A stretch of DNA of 64,000 nucleotides from an uncultured candidatus Brocadiaceae bacterium (GTDB lineage Bacteria > Planctomycetota > Brocadiia > SM23-32), in contig CAYSWA010000007.1 in NCBI GenBank assembly GCA_964434535.1, positions 8,321-72,320 on the forward strand, read 5' to 3'. A program made the translations under genes and the position numbers. Shown here in pieces: positions 9,585 to 20,114 of the stretch. Under the pieces are notes generated by a model. That model ran no database searches. It saw only the letters and a list, made by a program, of their open reading frames with translations, and was not told the DNA's origin. The number at the start of each line of letters is the position of its first letter. Within the stretch, counting starts at the first letter, position 1.

Positions 9585-10328
9585 ATGCGGCGTCGCAGGG
9601 CTTTCACGCTCGTCGAACTGCTTGTCGTGATGGCGATCCTGGCCATCTTAAGCGGCCTGATCATGCCGGCCGTCAACGAGGCGCGCCTCGAGGCCAGGGC
9701 CACGAGCTGCCGCAACCGACTGCGGCAGATCGGGTTCGCCACCGAGATGCACACCACCGACCACGGCGGACACCTGCCCGACGCCGGCGACTACACCGGG
9801 CGCCAGTTCTTCGGCCATTACGGCGGGCCCGCCGAGTACGTGGACTTCGGGGAGGGGTTCCTCTCCTCCTACGTCGGCAACGACCGGGATGTCTGGCAGT
9901 GCCCGTCCTTCACGGACTTCTTCCCCCGCGCCCTCGGCCCCTGCACCGGCTACGGCTACAACTACCACTACCTGACGGAGCTGGTCGAGGAGGGCAACTG
10001 GTGGGACCCCGACTACAAGTACTGGTGGAAGGGCCTGCCGGAGGGGAGAATCCGCAAGACCACAAGAACGGTGCTGTTCGGCGACTCCGCCCGCAACTGG
10101 ATGGGGCCGCTTGAGGAGAACTGGTTCTGGACGCCGCCGTCGCAGGCGCTCGCCTGGCCCGGATGGGAGACCGCCTACGCCCACTTCCGCCACCGGCTGA
10201 AGCTGAACGTCGTCTGGGCCGACGGGCACGTCAGCACGCTGCGTCCGGATCCCATCTTCCCGCTCGACCATGACCTGCTCGGCTACATCTGCGACACCTC
10301 GGACGTCTACTTCGATCCGGAGCAGTAG
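9585..10328 (+). CDS. DUF1559 / prepilin-type N-terminal cleavage-methylation domain protein (type II pseudopilin-like)
   Basis: ATG 9585 with AGGAGG 9 nt upstream. N-terminus [22 protein letters not shown] is a class III signal / pilin N-methylation motif. C-terminal WADGHVS is the DUF1559 H-X9-G-type motif. Confidence 0.8.
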   Translation: MRRRRAFTLVELLVVMAILAILSGLIMPAVNEARLEARATSCRNRLRQIGFATEMHTTDHGGHLPDAGDYTGRQFFGHYGGPAEYVDFGEGFLSSYVGNDRDVWQCPSFTDFFPRALGPCTGYGYNYHYLTELVEEGNWWDPDYKYWWKGLPEGRIRKTTRTVLFGDSARNWMGPLEENWFWTPPSQALAWPGWETAYAHFRHRLKLNVVWADGHVSTLRPDPIFPLDHDLLGYICDTSDVYFDPEQ

Positions 10329-10350
10329 CGAGCGTCCCGAACTGCGTTGG

Positions 10351-10437
10351 TGGTCCCTGACACTTGAGATTATGGGCCGTGGTTCGGTGGCACGGGCTTC
10401 CAGCCCGTGAATCATGGCCAGGATGGCCATGCCACAC
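10351..10437 (+). repeat. structured dispersed repeat, copy A (three-way hairpin element)
   Basis: A 51-nt block TGGTCCCTGACACTTGAGATTATGGGCCGTGGTTCGGTGGCACGGGCTTCC and a terminal GGCCATGCCACACT are shared, in inverted orientation, with 52066-52160. Internal hairpins are CACGGGCT/AGCCCGTG and CATGGCCA/TGGCCATG. Confidence 0.7.
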
Positions 10438-10490
10438 TAAGACGGCCACCGGTAGAATCAAAACTCACAGGTCACCAGGAGGGCTCGGCC

Positions 10491-10901
10491 GTGGCCTATC
10501 GCCGCAGGAAGGTCGTCGCCGTCGTGCTGTTCGCCGGGGCGGCGCTGGGGCTGGCCGGCTTCGGCTTGCTGCGCGGGGGACGCTACGAACAGAGGGGCGC
10601 CGGGCCCGCATCGGAACAAGCGCGGGCCGCCCTGGAGGTGATCCACGCGCTGGCCCGAGAGCCCGAGAGCGTCGCCGACCATCTGCACCCGACCGCCACG
10701 CGGCTGGCGCAGGGAGCCGTAGAGAAGGCCGCCGAGCTGCTCCACAAGGCCGAATCCTACCGCCTGAAAGACGCTGAGTGGTTCGGCGAGTACCTGCGCG
10801 TCGGCGTTCTCTGCGTCCTGAAAGACGGGCGCGAGATGGAACGCTACTTCCTGTTCAGGGAGGAGGGCGGACAGCTCCTCGTCACCGGCCTCCAGCAGTA
10901 G
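10491..10901 (+). CDS. hypothetical membrane-anchored (periplasmic) protein
   Basis: GTG 10491 preceded by AGGAGG and a TAGAAT -10-like hexamer (10452-10457). Hydrophobic N-terminal helix VVAVVLFAGAALGLAGFGLL. No recognisable domain. Confidence 0.5.
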   Translation: MAYRRRKVVAVVLFAGAALGLAGFGLLRGGRYEQRGAGPASEQARAALEVIHALAREPESVADHLHPTATRLAQGAVEKAAELLHKAESYRLKDAEWFGEYLRVGVLCVLKDGREMERYFLFREEGGQLLVTGLQQ

Positions 10902-10936
10902 GGCCGTCCCCTGCTTCCACCGAAACGGGCTTGCAC

Positions 10937-11860
10937 GTGAGCGACGCAGCCGCCAAAGCGCTGATCGCAGCGGTCGCGTTCGCCGTCGGTCTCGGCCTGT
11001 CGATGTGGCTGCTGCGTCTGCCGATGCCGGGCGCCGGTGAGGGCCCGAGCGCGAGCTCGGGGGGCTATCGCTACGGGCGGGTCATCTGCATGTCGCCCGC
11101 CACCGCCGAGATCGCCTTCGCCCTCGGGGCCGGCGGGCGCGTGGTGGGCGTCAGCGAGTACACGCAGTACCCGCCCGAGGCGCTCCAGAAGCCGACCTGC
11201 GGAGGGTTCTTCAACCCCAACTACGAGCTGATCCTCGCCCTGCGGCCGGACCTGCTGCTCACCCAGGGCCGCGCGGCGGAGCTGGAGCGCTTCGCCCGCG
11301 AGAACGGGCTCGCCTTCGGCTCGGTCGAACTGACCGACCTCTCGTCCATCTTCGCCGCCGTCGAGCGGATCGGCGCGCTATTGGAGGCGCAGGAACGGGC
11401 GGCCGACCTCGTCGCCCACATGGGCGAGCGGCTGGCGGCGGTGCGGGCGCGCGTGGCGGGCCGGCAGCCGGCCTCCGTCCTGCTGGTCAGCGGTCGTGAG
11501 CCCGGCTCGCTGACCGGGGTCCACGCGGTCGGGCCGGGCACCTTCCTGCACGACCTGGTCGGCGTCGCGGGCGGGCGGAACGTCTTCGGCGACATGGAGC
11601 GCTCCTACGCGGCCGTCAGCAAGGAGGCGATCCTGGAACGGGCGCCCAAAGTCGTCATCGAGCTGCACGGCGAGGGAGGCGACGCGCGCGAGCTGAACCG
11701 GCGCGTGCGGGCGCTCTGGGGCGCAATGCAGCCGCTGCCGGCGGTGCAGGCCGGCCGCGTCCACGCCATCGAGGCCACCTACGCGATGGTGCCCGGCCCG
11801 CGGGTCGTGCGGCTGGCGGAGCGCCTGGGCGAGCTGCTGCATCCGGAGGCCGGGCCATGA
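10937..11860 (+). CDS. btuF: ABC transporter periplasmic substrate-binding protein, BtuF/FecB (cluster A-II) family
   Basis: RVICMSPATAEIAFALGAGGRVVGVSEYTQYPPEA...LRPDLLL matches the BtuF N-lobe pattern. It lies downstream of the cobalamin riboswitch. Confidence 0.75.
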   Translation: MSDAAAKALIAAVAFAVGLGLSMWLLRLPMPGAGEGPSASSGGYRYGRVICMSPATAEIAFALGAGGRVVGVSEYTQYPPEALQKPTCGGFFNPNYELILALRPDLLLTQGRAAELERFARENGLAFGSVELTDLSSIFAAVERIGALLEAQERAADLVAHMGERLAAVRARVAGRQPASVLLVSGREPGSLTGVHAVGPGTFLHDLVGVAGGRNVFGDMERSYAAVSKEAILERAPKVVIELHGEGGDARELNRRVRALWGAMQPLPAVQAGRVHAIEATYAMVPGPRVVRLAERLGELLHPEAGP

Positions 11861-12663
11861 CCGAGCCGCTGCTGGCGCTGCGCGACTGCCGCTTCCGCTA
11901 CGAGGAGGCCGGCTTCAGGCTGCGCGACGTCTCGCTGGAGGTCGGGGCCGGCAGCGTCGTCGGAGTGGTCGGCCCGAACGGGTCGGGCAAGAGCACGCTG
12001 CTGCGGCTGGCGGCCGGGCTGCTCCGCCCGGACGCGGGCGAGGCGCTCATCGGGGGCCATCGGGCCCACGAGCTGGGGCGGCGGCGGGTGGCGCGGATGC
12101 TCGCCTTCCTGCCCCAGCAGACGCGGGCGGCCTTCGGCTTCACCGCCCGGCAGGTCGTCGAGATGGGCCGCTTCCCCCACCAGCGGGGGCTCGGTTTCAT
12201 GGGCGCCGCCGACGTGCGCGCCGTGCGCACTGCGCTGGAGCGCACGGGGTCGGGCGGGCTCGCCGACCGGCGGTTCTCCACGCTCTCAGGCGGCGAGAAG
12301 CAGCGGGTGCTCATTGCCAGCATCCTGGCCCAGGAGCCGTCGGTGATGCTGCTGGACGAGCCGGCCGCCGCCCTCGACGTGCACCACCAGGCCGAGGTGC
12401 TCGACCTGCTGTGGGACCTCTCGCGCACCGGCATCGCCGTGCTGCTGGTCACGCATGACCTCAACGCGGCGGCCCGCTTCTGCGAGCGGCTCGTCCTGCT
12501 CTGCGAGGGGGCCGTGGCCCGCGCCGGGACGCCGGACCAGGTGCTGGAGCAGGAGCTGCTCGCGGAGGTCTACGGGGCCGACGTGCGCGTCTGCCGCAAC
12601 CCCGTCACGGGCACGCCGATGGTCACCGTGCCCGGAAGGAGGGCCCATGCCGCGCGCGAGTGA
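11857..12663 (+). CDS. btuD: ABC transporter ATP-binding protein (BtuD/FecE-like)
   Basis: Walker A GPNGSGKST, signature LSGGEKQRV, Walker B MLLDEPAAALD. Overlaps the upstream gene by 4 nt. Confidence 0.85.
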   Translation: MTEPLLALRDCRFRYEEAGFRLRDVSLEVGAGSVVGVVGPNGSGKSTLLRLAAGLLRPDAGEALIGGHRAHELGRRRVARMLAFLPQQTRAAFGFTARQVVEMGRFPHQRGLGFMGAADVRAVRTALERTGSGGLADRRFSTLSGGEKQRVLIASILAQEPSVMLLDEPAAALDVHHQAEVLDLLWDLSRTGIAVLLVTHDLNAAARFCERLVLLCEGAVARAGTPDQVLEQELLAEVYGADVRVCRNPVTGTPMVTVPGRRAHAARE

Positions 12664-13672
12664 GCACCTGACGCCGGTGCGCTTCGGGGGCACGGTCGGC
12701 CTGGCGGCGCTCGCCTGGGCAGCGGCGGGGCTGGTATGCCTCTTCTACGGTCAGGCCGACGTGCCGGCGGCGCGCATCCTATCGGTCCTCTCCGGCGCGG
12801 GGGGCGGCCCGCAGGAGGCCAACATCGTGCTGATGCAGCGGCTGCCGCGCGTGCTGCTGGCACTGCTGGCCGGCGGCGGGCTGGCGATGACGGGCGCGGT
12901 CTTCCAGGCGATGCTGCGCAATCCCCTCGCCACTCCGCACATCCTCGGTGTCTCGGCCGGCGGGGCGCTCGGGGCGGTCCTGGCCATATCGGCCGGCCTC
13001 GCCGGGCCGGGGCTCGGGCCGTTCCGGCCGGTGCAGCTCTTCGCGCTGGCGGGTGCTCTGGCGAACGTGACCGTCATCTACCTGCTGGCGCGGCGGCGGG
13101 AGGTCTTCTCGCCTCTGAAGCTGCTGCTGGCCGGCGTGACGCTCGGGCTGATCTGCTCGGCGCTGATCATGTTCGTGCGGTTCGTCTCCGAGCCGACGAA
13201 GCTGGTGATGGTCGACCGCTGGCTGATGGGCGGGCTCGACGTGCACGGGTTCCGCAGCGTGGCGGCGGTGCTGCCGCTGCTGCTGCCGGCGGGGGCGCTG
13301 CTGATGAGCGAGGCCGGCGCGCTGAACCAGCTCGCGTTGGGGGAGGAGCTGGCGGCCGGCCGGGGCGTGAACGTGGCCGGGGTGCAGGTCGAGGCGTTCG
13401 TTGCGGGCTCGGTGCTGACGGCCGTGGTGGTCTCGGTGGCCGGGCCGATCGGGTTCGTCGGGCTGATCGTGCCGCACGCGCTGCGGGGCATCTTCGGCCC
13501 CGACCACCGGCTGCTTCTGCCGCTGAGCTTCTTCGGGGGCGGTGCGTTCCTGGCGGCGGCGGACACGGTGGCGCGTTCGGCCTTCGCCCCTTCCGAGCTG
13601 CCGGTGGGGGTGCTGACGGCGATGCTCGGCGGCCCGTTCTTCCTGGCGCTGCTGGTCACGCGCGCCCGGTAG
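12647..13672 (+). CDS. btuC: ABC transporter permease, FecCD/BtuC family
   Basis: ATG 12647 with GGAAGGAGG upstream. About 10 TM helices with FecCD-family motifs (ILGVSAGGALGAVLAI, GPIGFVGLIVPH). Confidence 0.8.
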   Translation: MPRASEHLTPVRFGGTVGLAALAWAAAGLVCLFYGQADVPAARILSVLSGAGGGPQEANIVLMQRLPRVLLALLAGGGLAMTGAVFQAMLRNPLATPHILGVSAGGALGAVLAISAGLAGPGLGPFRPVQLFALAGALANVTVIYLLARRREVFSPLKLLLAGVTLGLICSALIMFVRFVSEPTKLVMVDRWLMGGLDVHGFRSVAAVLPLLLPAGALLMSEAGALNQLALGEELAAGRGVNVAGVQVEAFVAGSVLTAVVVSVAGPIGFVGLIVPHALRGIFGPDHRLLLPLSFFGGGAFLAAADTVARSAFAPSELPVGVLTAMLGGPFFLALLVTRAR

Positions 13673-13677
13673 CGGCT

Positions 13678-15288
<1,611 letters not shown>

Positions 15289-15330
15289 GGAATCAGTGCA
15301 AGAGTGAAGGGAGGATCGCCCACGGCGCGC

Positions 15331-15360
15331 ATTCTACGGCCGGCAACCGGGCCGCGCAAG
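15331..15360 (-). promoter_or_regulatory. putative promoter TTGCGC-N18-TAGAAT for pyrG
   Basis: On the minus strand, TTGCGC (15360-15355) and TAGAAT (15336-15331) lie about 45 nt upstream of the pyrG start. Confidence 0.35.
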
Positions 15361-15497
15361 CGGGGGCTTCCGGGCCGCAAGGAGCGGGTCCACCGGGGGC
15401 TGGCGGCCACGCAGCGGGCGGCATAACGGCGCGATCTGCCCGAACCCGCGCCGGGCGCCTCACGAGCAACGAGGAGCACGCCACGCCGTGCGCCGCC

Positions 15498-16277
15498 CTA
15501 CCATTCCAGCCGCACCGGCACGCCGGCCTCGGCCAGCTCGCGCTTGATGCCCTCGATGGTGTGCGTGCCGAAGTGGACCATCGAGGCGATCAGGGCGGCG
15601 TCGGCCTTGCCCCGGGTGAGCACCTCGCGCAGGTGCCGGGGCTCGCCCGCGCCGCCGCTGGCGATGACGGGTATGCCGACGGCCTCGCTGATCAGGCGGG
15701 TCACCTCCACGTCGTAGCCCTCGCGGGTGCCGTCGGCGTCGATGGAGTTGACGCAGATCTCGCCCGCGCCGCACGACTCGGCCTCCCTGGCCCAGTAGAC
15801 GGCGTCGAGCCCGGTGGCGAGGCGGGCGCCCTCGACGTAGACCTCGAAGCCGCTGGGCACCTCGTCGGTCCTGTCCACGCGGCGGGTCTGCACGCCGAGC
15901 ACGATGCACTGGCTGCCGAAGCGGGCTGCGCCGTCCACGATGAGGGAGGGGTTGCGCACGGCGGCGGTGTCGATGCTCACCTTGTCGGCGCCGGCCAGCA
16001 GCGCGCGGCGCATGTCCTCGCTGGTGCGCAGGCCGCCCCCGACGGCGAAGGGGATCGAGATGCGCCGGGCCACGGCCTCGACGACGTCGATCATGATGTC
16101 CTTGTGGCGGGGCGAGGCGCCGATGTCGTAGAAGACCAGCTCGTCGACGCCGCCCTCGTAGTAGCGCCCGGCCATCTCGACCGGGTCGCCCACGTCCACG
16201 TTGCCCTGGAACTGCACGCCCTTGGTCGTCTTGCCGTCGCGCACGTCCAGGCAGACGATGACGCGTTTCTTCAGCAT
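15498..16277 (-). CDS. hisF: imidazole glycerol phosphate synthase cyclase subunit
   Basis: [15 protein letters not shown]...GGGLRT, GADKVSI and ASGGAG motifs. Confidence 0.9.
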   Translation of the reverse strand: MLKKRVIVCLDVRDGKTTKGVQFQGNVDVGDPVEMAGRYYEGGVDELVFYDIGASPRHKDIMIDVVEAVARRISIPFAVGGGLRTSEDMRRALLAGADKVSIDTAAVRNPSLIVDGAARFGSQCIVLGVQTRRVDRTDEVPSGFEVYVEGARLATGLDAVYWAREAESCGAGEICVNSIDADGTREGYDVEVTRLISEAVGIPVIASGGAGEPRHLREVLTRGKADAALIASMVHFGTHTIEGIKRELAEAGVPVRLEW

Positions 16278-16278
16278 G

Positions 16279-16896
16279 CTACGGGCTCCAGTCCAGGAAG
16301 TTCTCCAGCAGGCGCAGCCCGACCCGGCCGCTGCGCTCGGGGTGGAACTGCGTCGCGACGACGTTGCCCTGCGCCAGCGCGCTGACGAACGGACCGTGGT
16401 AATCGGTCGTGCCGAGGATGGACTCGGGATCGGCGGGGGAGGGGGCGAAGCTGTGCACGAAGTAGAAGCATGCGCCGTCGCCGACCCCCCTCCACAGGGG
16501 GTGGGGCAGGTGCTGCTCCACCTCGTTCCAGCCCATGTGCGGCACCTTGGCGCCCTCGGGCACGGCGAGCCGCTCCACGCCGCCGCGCACGAGGCCCAGG
16601 CACTCGGCCTCGTCCTCCTCGCTGCACTGCAGGATGATCTGCGCGCCGAGGCAGATGCCGAGCATCGGGCGGCCGGAGGCGGCGTAGTGGCGGACGGCCT
16701 CGTCCAGCCCCAGCGAGCGGAGCGTGGCCATGGCGGCCCCCGCGGCGCCGACGCCGGGGAAGATCAGCCGCCCGGCCGCCTGCACCTCGTCGGGGTTGCT
16801 GCTGACCACGGCCGCCCGGCCGAGCTTCTCGACGGCGAGCCGCACGCTGGTCAGGTTGCCCGCGTGGTAGTCCACGATGGTGATCACGTCCGGCAT
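16279..16896 (-). CDS. hisH: imidazole glycerol phosphate synthase glutamine amidotransferase subunit
   Basis: MPDVITIVDYHAGNLTSV...GICLGAQ...QFHPERS. Its stop abuts the hisF start. Confidence 0.85.
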   Translation of the reverse strand: MPDVITIVDYHAGNLTSVRLAVEKLGRAAVVSSNPDEVQAAGRLIFPGVGAAGAAMATLRSLGLDEAVRHYAASGRPMLGICLGAQIILQCSEEDEAECLGLVRGGVERLAVPEGAKVPHMGWNEVEQHLPHPLWRGVGDGACFYFVHSFAPSPADPESILGTTDYHGPFVSALAQGNVVATQFHPERSGRVGLRLLENFLDWSP

Positions 16897-17017
16897 GGCC
16901 CCCATGCTAACGCACCGGGGGCGGCGCTGCCATGGAAGGGCTTGGGGCGGCGCCGCTTTGATTCGGCGGCGCGCGTGCCGTAACCTGGGTTCCCTGTCCA
17001 TAGAGGAGGATGCACGC

Positions 17018-17365
17018 GTGAAACACGTCCACTACGAGCAGGTCGAGCTGGAGCCGGTCGAGGCCGAGGGCGCCGCGAAGGCCGGCGTGCGCCGGCTGAT
17101 CTGCGAGGAAGACGGCGCGCCCAACTTCTGCATGCGCCGCTTCGAGCTGGAGCCCGGCGGCGCCACGCCGTTCCACGAGCATCCCTGGGAGCACGAGGTC
17201 TTCGTGCTGGAGGGCAAGGGAACGCTGCGCGGCGAGGAGGGCGACGAACCGTTCCGCGCGGGCGACGTCGTGCTGATCCGTCCGGGCGAGCGGCACGGCT
17301 TCTGCGCGGAGAAGGGCGTGCCGGTCGCGTTCCTCTGCCTGATCCCGCGGGAAGGCAAGCGTTGA
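17018..17365 (+). CDS. cupin domain protein
   Basis: GTG 17018 with GAGGAGGA 7 nt upstream. Two-His cupin motifs PFHEHPWEHEVFVLEG and GERHGF. Confidence 0.65.
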   Translation: MKHVHYEQVELEPVEAEGAAKAGVRRLICEEDGAPNFCMRRFELEPGGATPFHEHPWEHEVFVLEGKGTLRGEEGDEPFRAGDVVLIRPGERHGFCAEKGVPVAFLCLIPREGKR

Positions 17366-18375
17366 GGCTGCTCGGCGTAGAGACTTCATGCGACGAGACG
17401 GCGGCCGCCGTGGTCGAGGACGGCGCGCGCGTGCGCTCCAGCGTCGTCGCCCGCCAGCACGAGCTGCACGAGCGGTTCGGCGGCATCGTGCCCGAGGTGG
17501 CCTGCCGGGCGCACGTGGAGAGCATCCTGCCGGTGATCGCGCAGGCGCTTGAGGAGTGCGGCGTCGCGCTCGGCGAACTGGACGGCGTCGCCGTGACGAC
17601 CACGCCGGGGCTGATCGGGGCGCTGCTGGTGGGCGTGACGGCGGCGAAGGCCCTGAGCTGGGCATTCGAGCTGCCGCTGGTGGCGGTCGATCACCTGCAC
17701 GCGCACCTCTACGCCGTCTGGCTGGCCGGGCAGGAGCCGGCGCTGCCGGCGATCGGCCTGGTGGCCAGCGGCGGCCACACGAGCCTGTTCCTGGTGGAGG
17801 ACCCGATCGAGCCGGCGCCGCTCGGGGGCACGGTGGACGACGCGGCCGGCGAGGCGTTCGACAAGGTGGCCAACATCCTGCGCCTGGGCTACCCCGGCGG
17901 ACCCGAGATCGAGCGCGCCGCCCGCCAGGGCGACCGGCGCGCGGTGGACTTCCCCCGCAGCCTGATGGGGGCCGAGAGCGACGATTTCAGCTTCAGCGGC
18001 CTCAAGACCGCAGTCCTCTACCACTGCCTCGGCCCGAACGCCTCGTGGGAGGACATACAGGGCGCACGCTACGATCCGCACTTCGTGGCCGACGTGGCGG
18101 CGAGCTTCCAGGAGGCCGTCGTCGACGTGCTGGTGGCGAAGGCGTTCGGCGCGGCGGAGCGCCGCTTCGCGCGCAGCGTGATCGTCGGGGGCGGGGTGGC
18201 CGCCAACGGGCGGCTGCGCGAACGGCTGCGGGCCGAGGCACAGGCGCGCGGCCTGGCCCTGCACCTTGCGCCCCGCGAGCTGTGCACGGATAATGCGGCC
18301 ATGACCGCCGGCATCGGCTGCCGGCTGCTGGAGCGCGGCCGCACGGCGCCGCTCAGCGTCCAGGCCCGGCCTTAG
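17362..18375 (+). CDS. tsaD: tRNA N6-adenosine threonylcarbamoyltransferase TsaD (Kae1/Gcp family)
   Basis: [27 protein letters not shown] and GGVAAN motifs. Start overlaps the cupin stop. Confidence 0.85.
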   Translation: MRLLGVETSCDETAAAVVEDGARVRSSVVARQHELHERFGGIVPEVACRAHVESILPVIAQALEECGVALGELDGVAVTTTPGLIGALLVGVTAAKALSWAFELPLVAVDHLHAHLYAVWLAGQEPALPAIGLVASGGHTSLFLVEDPIEPAPLGGTVDDAAGEAFDKVANILRLGYPGGPEIERAARQGDRRAVDFPRSLMGAESDDFSFSGLKTAVLYHCLGPNASWEDIQGARYDPHFVADVAASFQEAVVDVLVAKAFGAAERRFARSVIVGGGVAANGRLRERLRAEAQARGLALHLAPRELCTDNAAMTAGIGCRLLERGRTAPLSVQARP

Positions 18376-18386
18376 GGGAGCTCGCG

Positions 18387-19154
18387 GTGGACCGGGACAC
18401 GATCAGGGGCATGCTCGAGCAGGTCGCCGCGGGCAAGCTGAGCCCGGAGGAGGCGCTCGAGTCGATCCGCCGCCTCCCCTTCGAGGACATCGGCTTCGCC
18501 AAGGTCGACCACCACCGCACCCTGCGCTGCGGCGCGCCGGAGGTGATCCTCTGCCAGGGCAAGAGCCCCGAGCAGGTGGCCGCCATCGCCGAGCGCATCG
18601 TGGAGGCCGGCAGCGACCTGCTCGCCACCCGCGCCGAGCCGGCGCACTACGAGGCCGTGCGCGCCGTCTGCCCGGAGGCTGAATACCATCGCACCGGCCG
18701 CTGCATTGCCCTGCGCCGCGAGGCGTCCGAGGCCCGGGGCCTGGTGCTGGTGGTGACGGCCGGCACGAGCGACCTGCCCGTGGCCGAGGAAGCGGTCATC
18801 ACCGCCGAGATGCTCGGCGCCAGGACGCAGCTGATCAGCGACGTCGGCGTCGCCGGCCTCCATCGCCTGCTGGCCTACCGGTCCGAGCTGGACGCGGCCA
18901 ACGTCATCGTCACCGTCGCCGGCATGGAAGGCGCGCTGGCCAGCGTGATCGGCGGCCTGGTGGCGAAGCCCGTCATCGGCGTGCCGACCAGCGTCGGCTA
19001 CGGGGCGAGCTTCGGGGGCGTCACGCCGCTGATGACCATGCTCAACAGTTGCGCGGCGGGCGTCGTCGTGGTGAACATCGACAACGGGTTCGGGGCCGGT
19101 TACGCCGCCGCCCTGATCAACGCCCTGATCACCGAGGGCCCGCCGGAGGAGTGA
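18387..19154 (+). CDS. larB: nickel-pincer cofactor biosynthesis protein LarB (PurE-like carboxylase/hydrolase)
   Basis: N-terminal [21 protein letters not shown] is LarB-specific. C-terminal PurE-like fold [13 protein letters not shown]...[14 protein letters not shown]. Confidence 0.7.
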   Translation: MDRDTIRGMLEQVAAGKLSPEEALESIRRLPFEDIGFAKVDHHRTLRCGAPEVILCQGKSPEQVAAIAERIVEAGSDLLATRAEPAHYEAVRAVCPEAEYHRTGRCIALRREASEARGLVLVVTAGTSDLPVAEEAVITAEMLGARTQLISDVGVAGLHRLLAYRSELDAANVIVTVAGMEGALASVIGGLVAKPVIGVPTSVGYGASFGGVTPLMTMLNSCAAGVVVVNIDNGFGAGYAAALINALITEGPPEE

Positions 19155-19159
19155 CCTTC

Positions 19160-20110
19160 ATGGCCGCAGAGCGCCTGGTCACGCTGCCGTCGCTGCCGCC
19201 GCGGGAGCGCAACGCGCACAAGGGGGACTTCGGCCGGGTGCTTGTCGTGGCCGGCTCGCCGGGCATGACCGGCGCCGGCTGCATGGCCGCCAACGCCGCC
19301 CAGCGGTCCGGCGCGGGCCTGGTCACGCTCGCCCTGCCGGCCGGCCTGCACGCCATCGCGGAGGTGAAGCTGACCAGCGCCATGACCCGCGCGCTGCCCG
19401 AGCCCGGCGAGCCGGTCATCGGCGAGGCGGCCGCCGAGCGGGTGCTGGAGTGGAGCGAGGAGTTCGACGCGGCGGCCATCGGGCCCGGGGTGGGGCGCGC
19501 GCCGGCGACTGGGGCGGCGATGCGGCGGCTCGCCGCCGCGCTGCCCCTGCCGACTGTGATCGACGCCGACGGGCTGAACGCCCTGGCCGGCGACCTGGCG
19601 CCGCTGTCGCAGGCGGCCGGGCCGCGCCTACTCACCCCGCATCCGGGTGAGATGGCCCGGCTGCTCGGCGCGGTCGGCCCTGCCGAGGTGCAGGCGGATC
19701 GCGAAGAGATCGCGCGACAGTTCGCGGCCCAGCACGGCGTGGTGCTGGCGCTGAAGGGCGCGGGCACCGTGGTGAGCGACGGCGAGCGCGTCTACGTCAA
19801 CCCGACCGGCAACCCGGGCATGGCCACGGGGGGCACGGGCGACGTGCTGACCGGGCTCGCGCTGGGCCTGCTCTGCCAGGGGCTCGATCCGTTCGAGGCG
19901 CTGGTGCTGGCCGTCTTCGTGCACGGGCTGGCGGGCGACCTCTCGGCCCAGGTCGGCGGGGAGCTGTCGTTGATGGCCGAGGACGTGCTCAACAGCGTGC
20001 CCCAGGCCTTCCAGGTGGTGGCCAGCGCCGGCCGGGGGGTGGAAGCCGAACGGCTGGCGCAGGTGGTGCGGCGCTCGGGGCAGGGCCACGAGGGCCTGGG
20101 CGGGCCCTGA
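19160..20110 (+). CDS. nnrD: ADP-dependent NAD(P)H-hydrate dehydratase (YjeF C-terminal / Nnr2 family)
   Basis: HKGDFGRVLVVAGSPGMTGAG...TPHPGE...GNPGMATGGTGDVLTG carbohydrate-kinase-like motifs. ATG 19160 with a GGAGGA SD. Confidence 0.8.
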   Translation: MAAERLVTLPSLPPRERNAHKGDFGRVLVVAGSPGMTGAGCMAANAAQRSGAGLVTLALPAGLHAIAEVKLTSAMTRALPEPGEPVIGEAAAERVLEWSEEFDAAAIGPGVGRAPATGAAMRRLAAALPLPTVIDADGLNALAGDLAPLSQAAGPRLLTPHPGEMARLLGAVGPAEVQADREEIARQFAAQHGVVLALKGAGTVVSDGERVYVNPTGNPGMATGGTGDVLTGLALGLLCQGLDPFEALVLAVFVHGLAGDLSAQVGGELSLMAEDVLNSVPQAFQVVASAGRGVEAERLAQVVRRSGQGHEGLGGP

Positions 20111-20114
20111 GCCT

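Noticed and set aside
10396-10412. TGGCACGGGCTTCC inside repeat copy A, considered as a sigma-54 promoter
   Set aside because: It lacks the essential GC of the -12 element (TTCC instead of TTGC). It is better explained as part of the CACGGGCT/AGCCCGTG hairpin.
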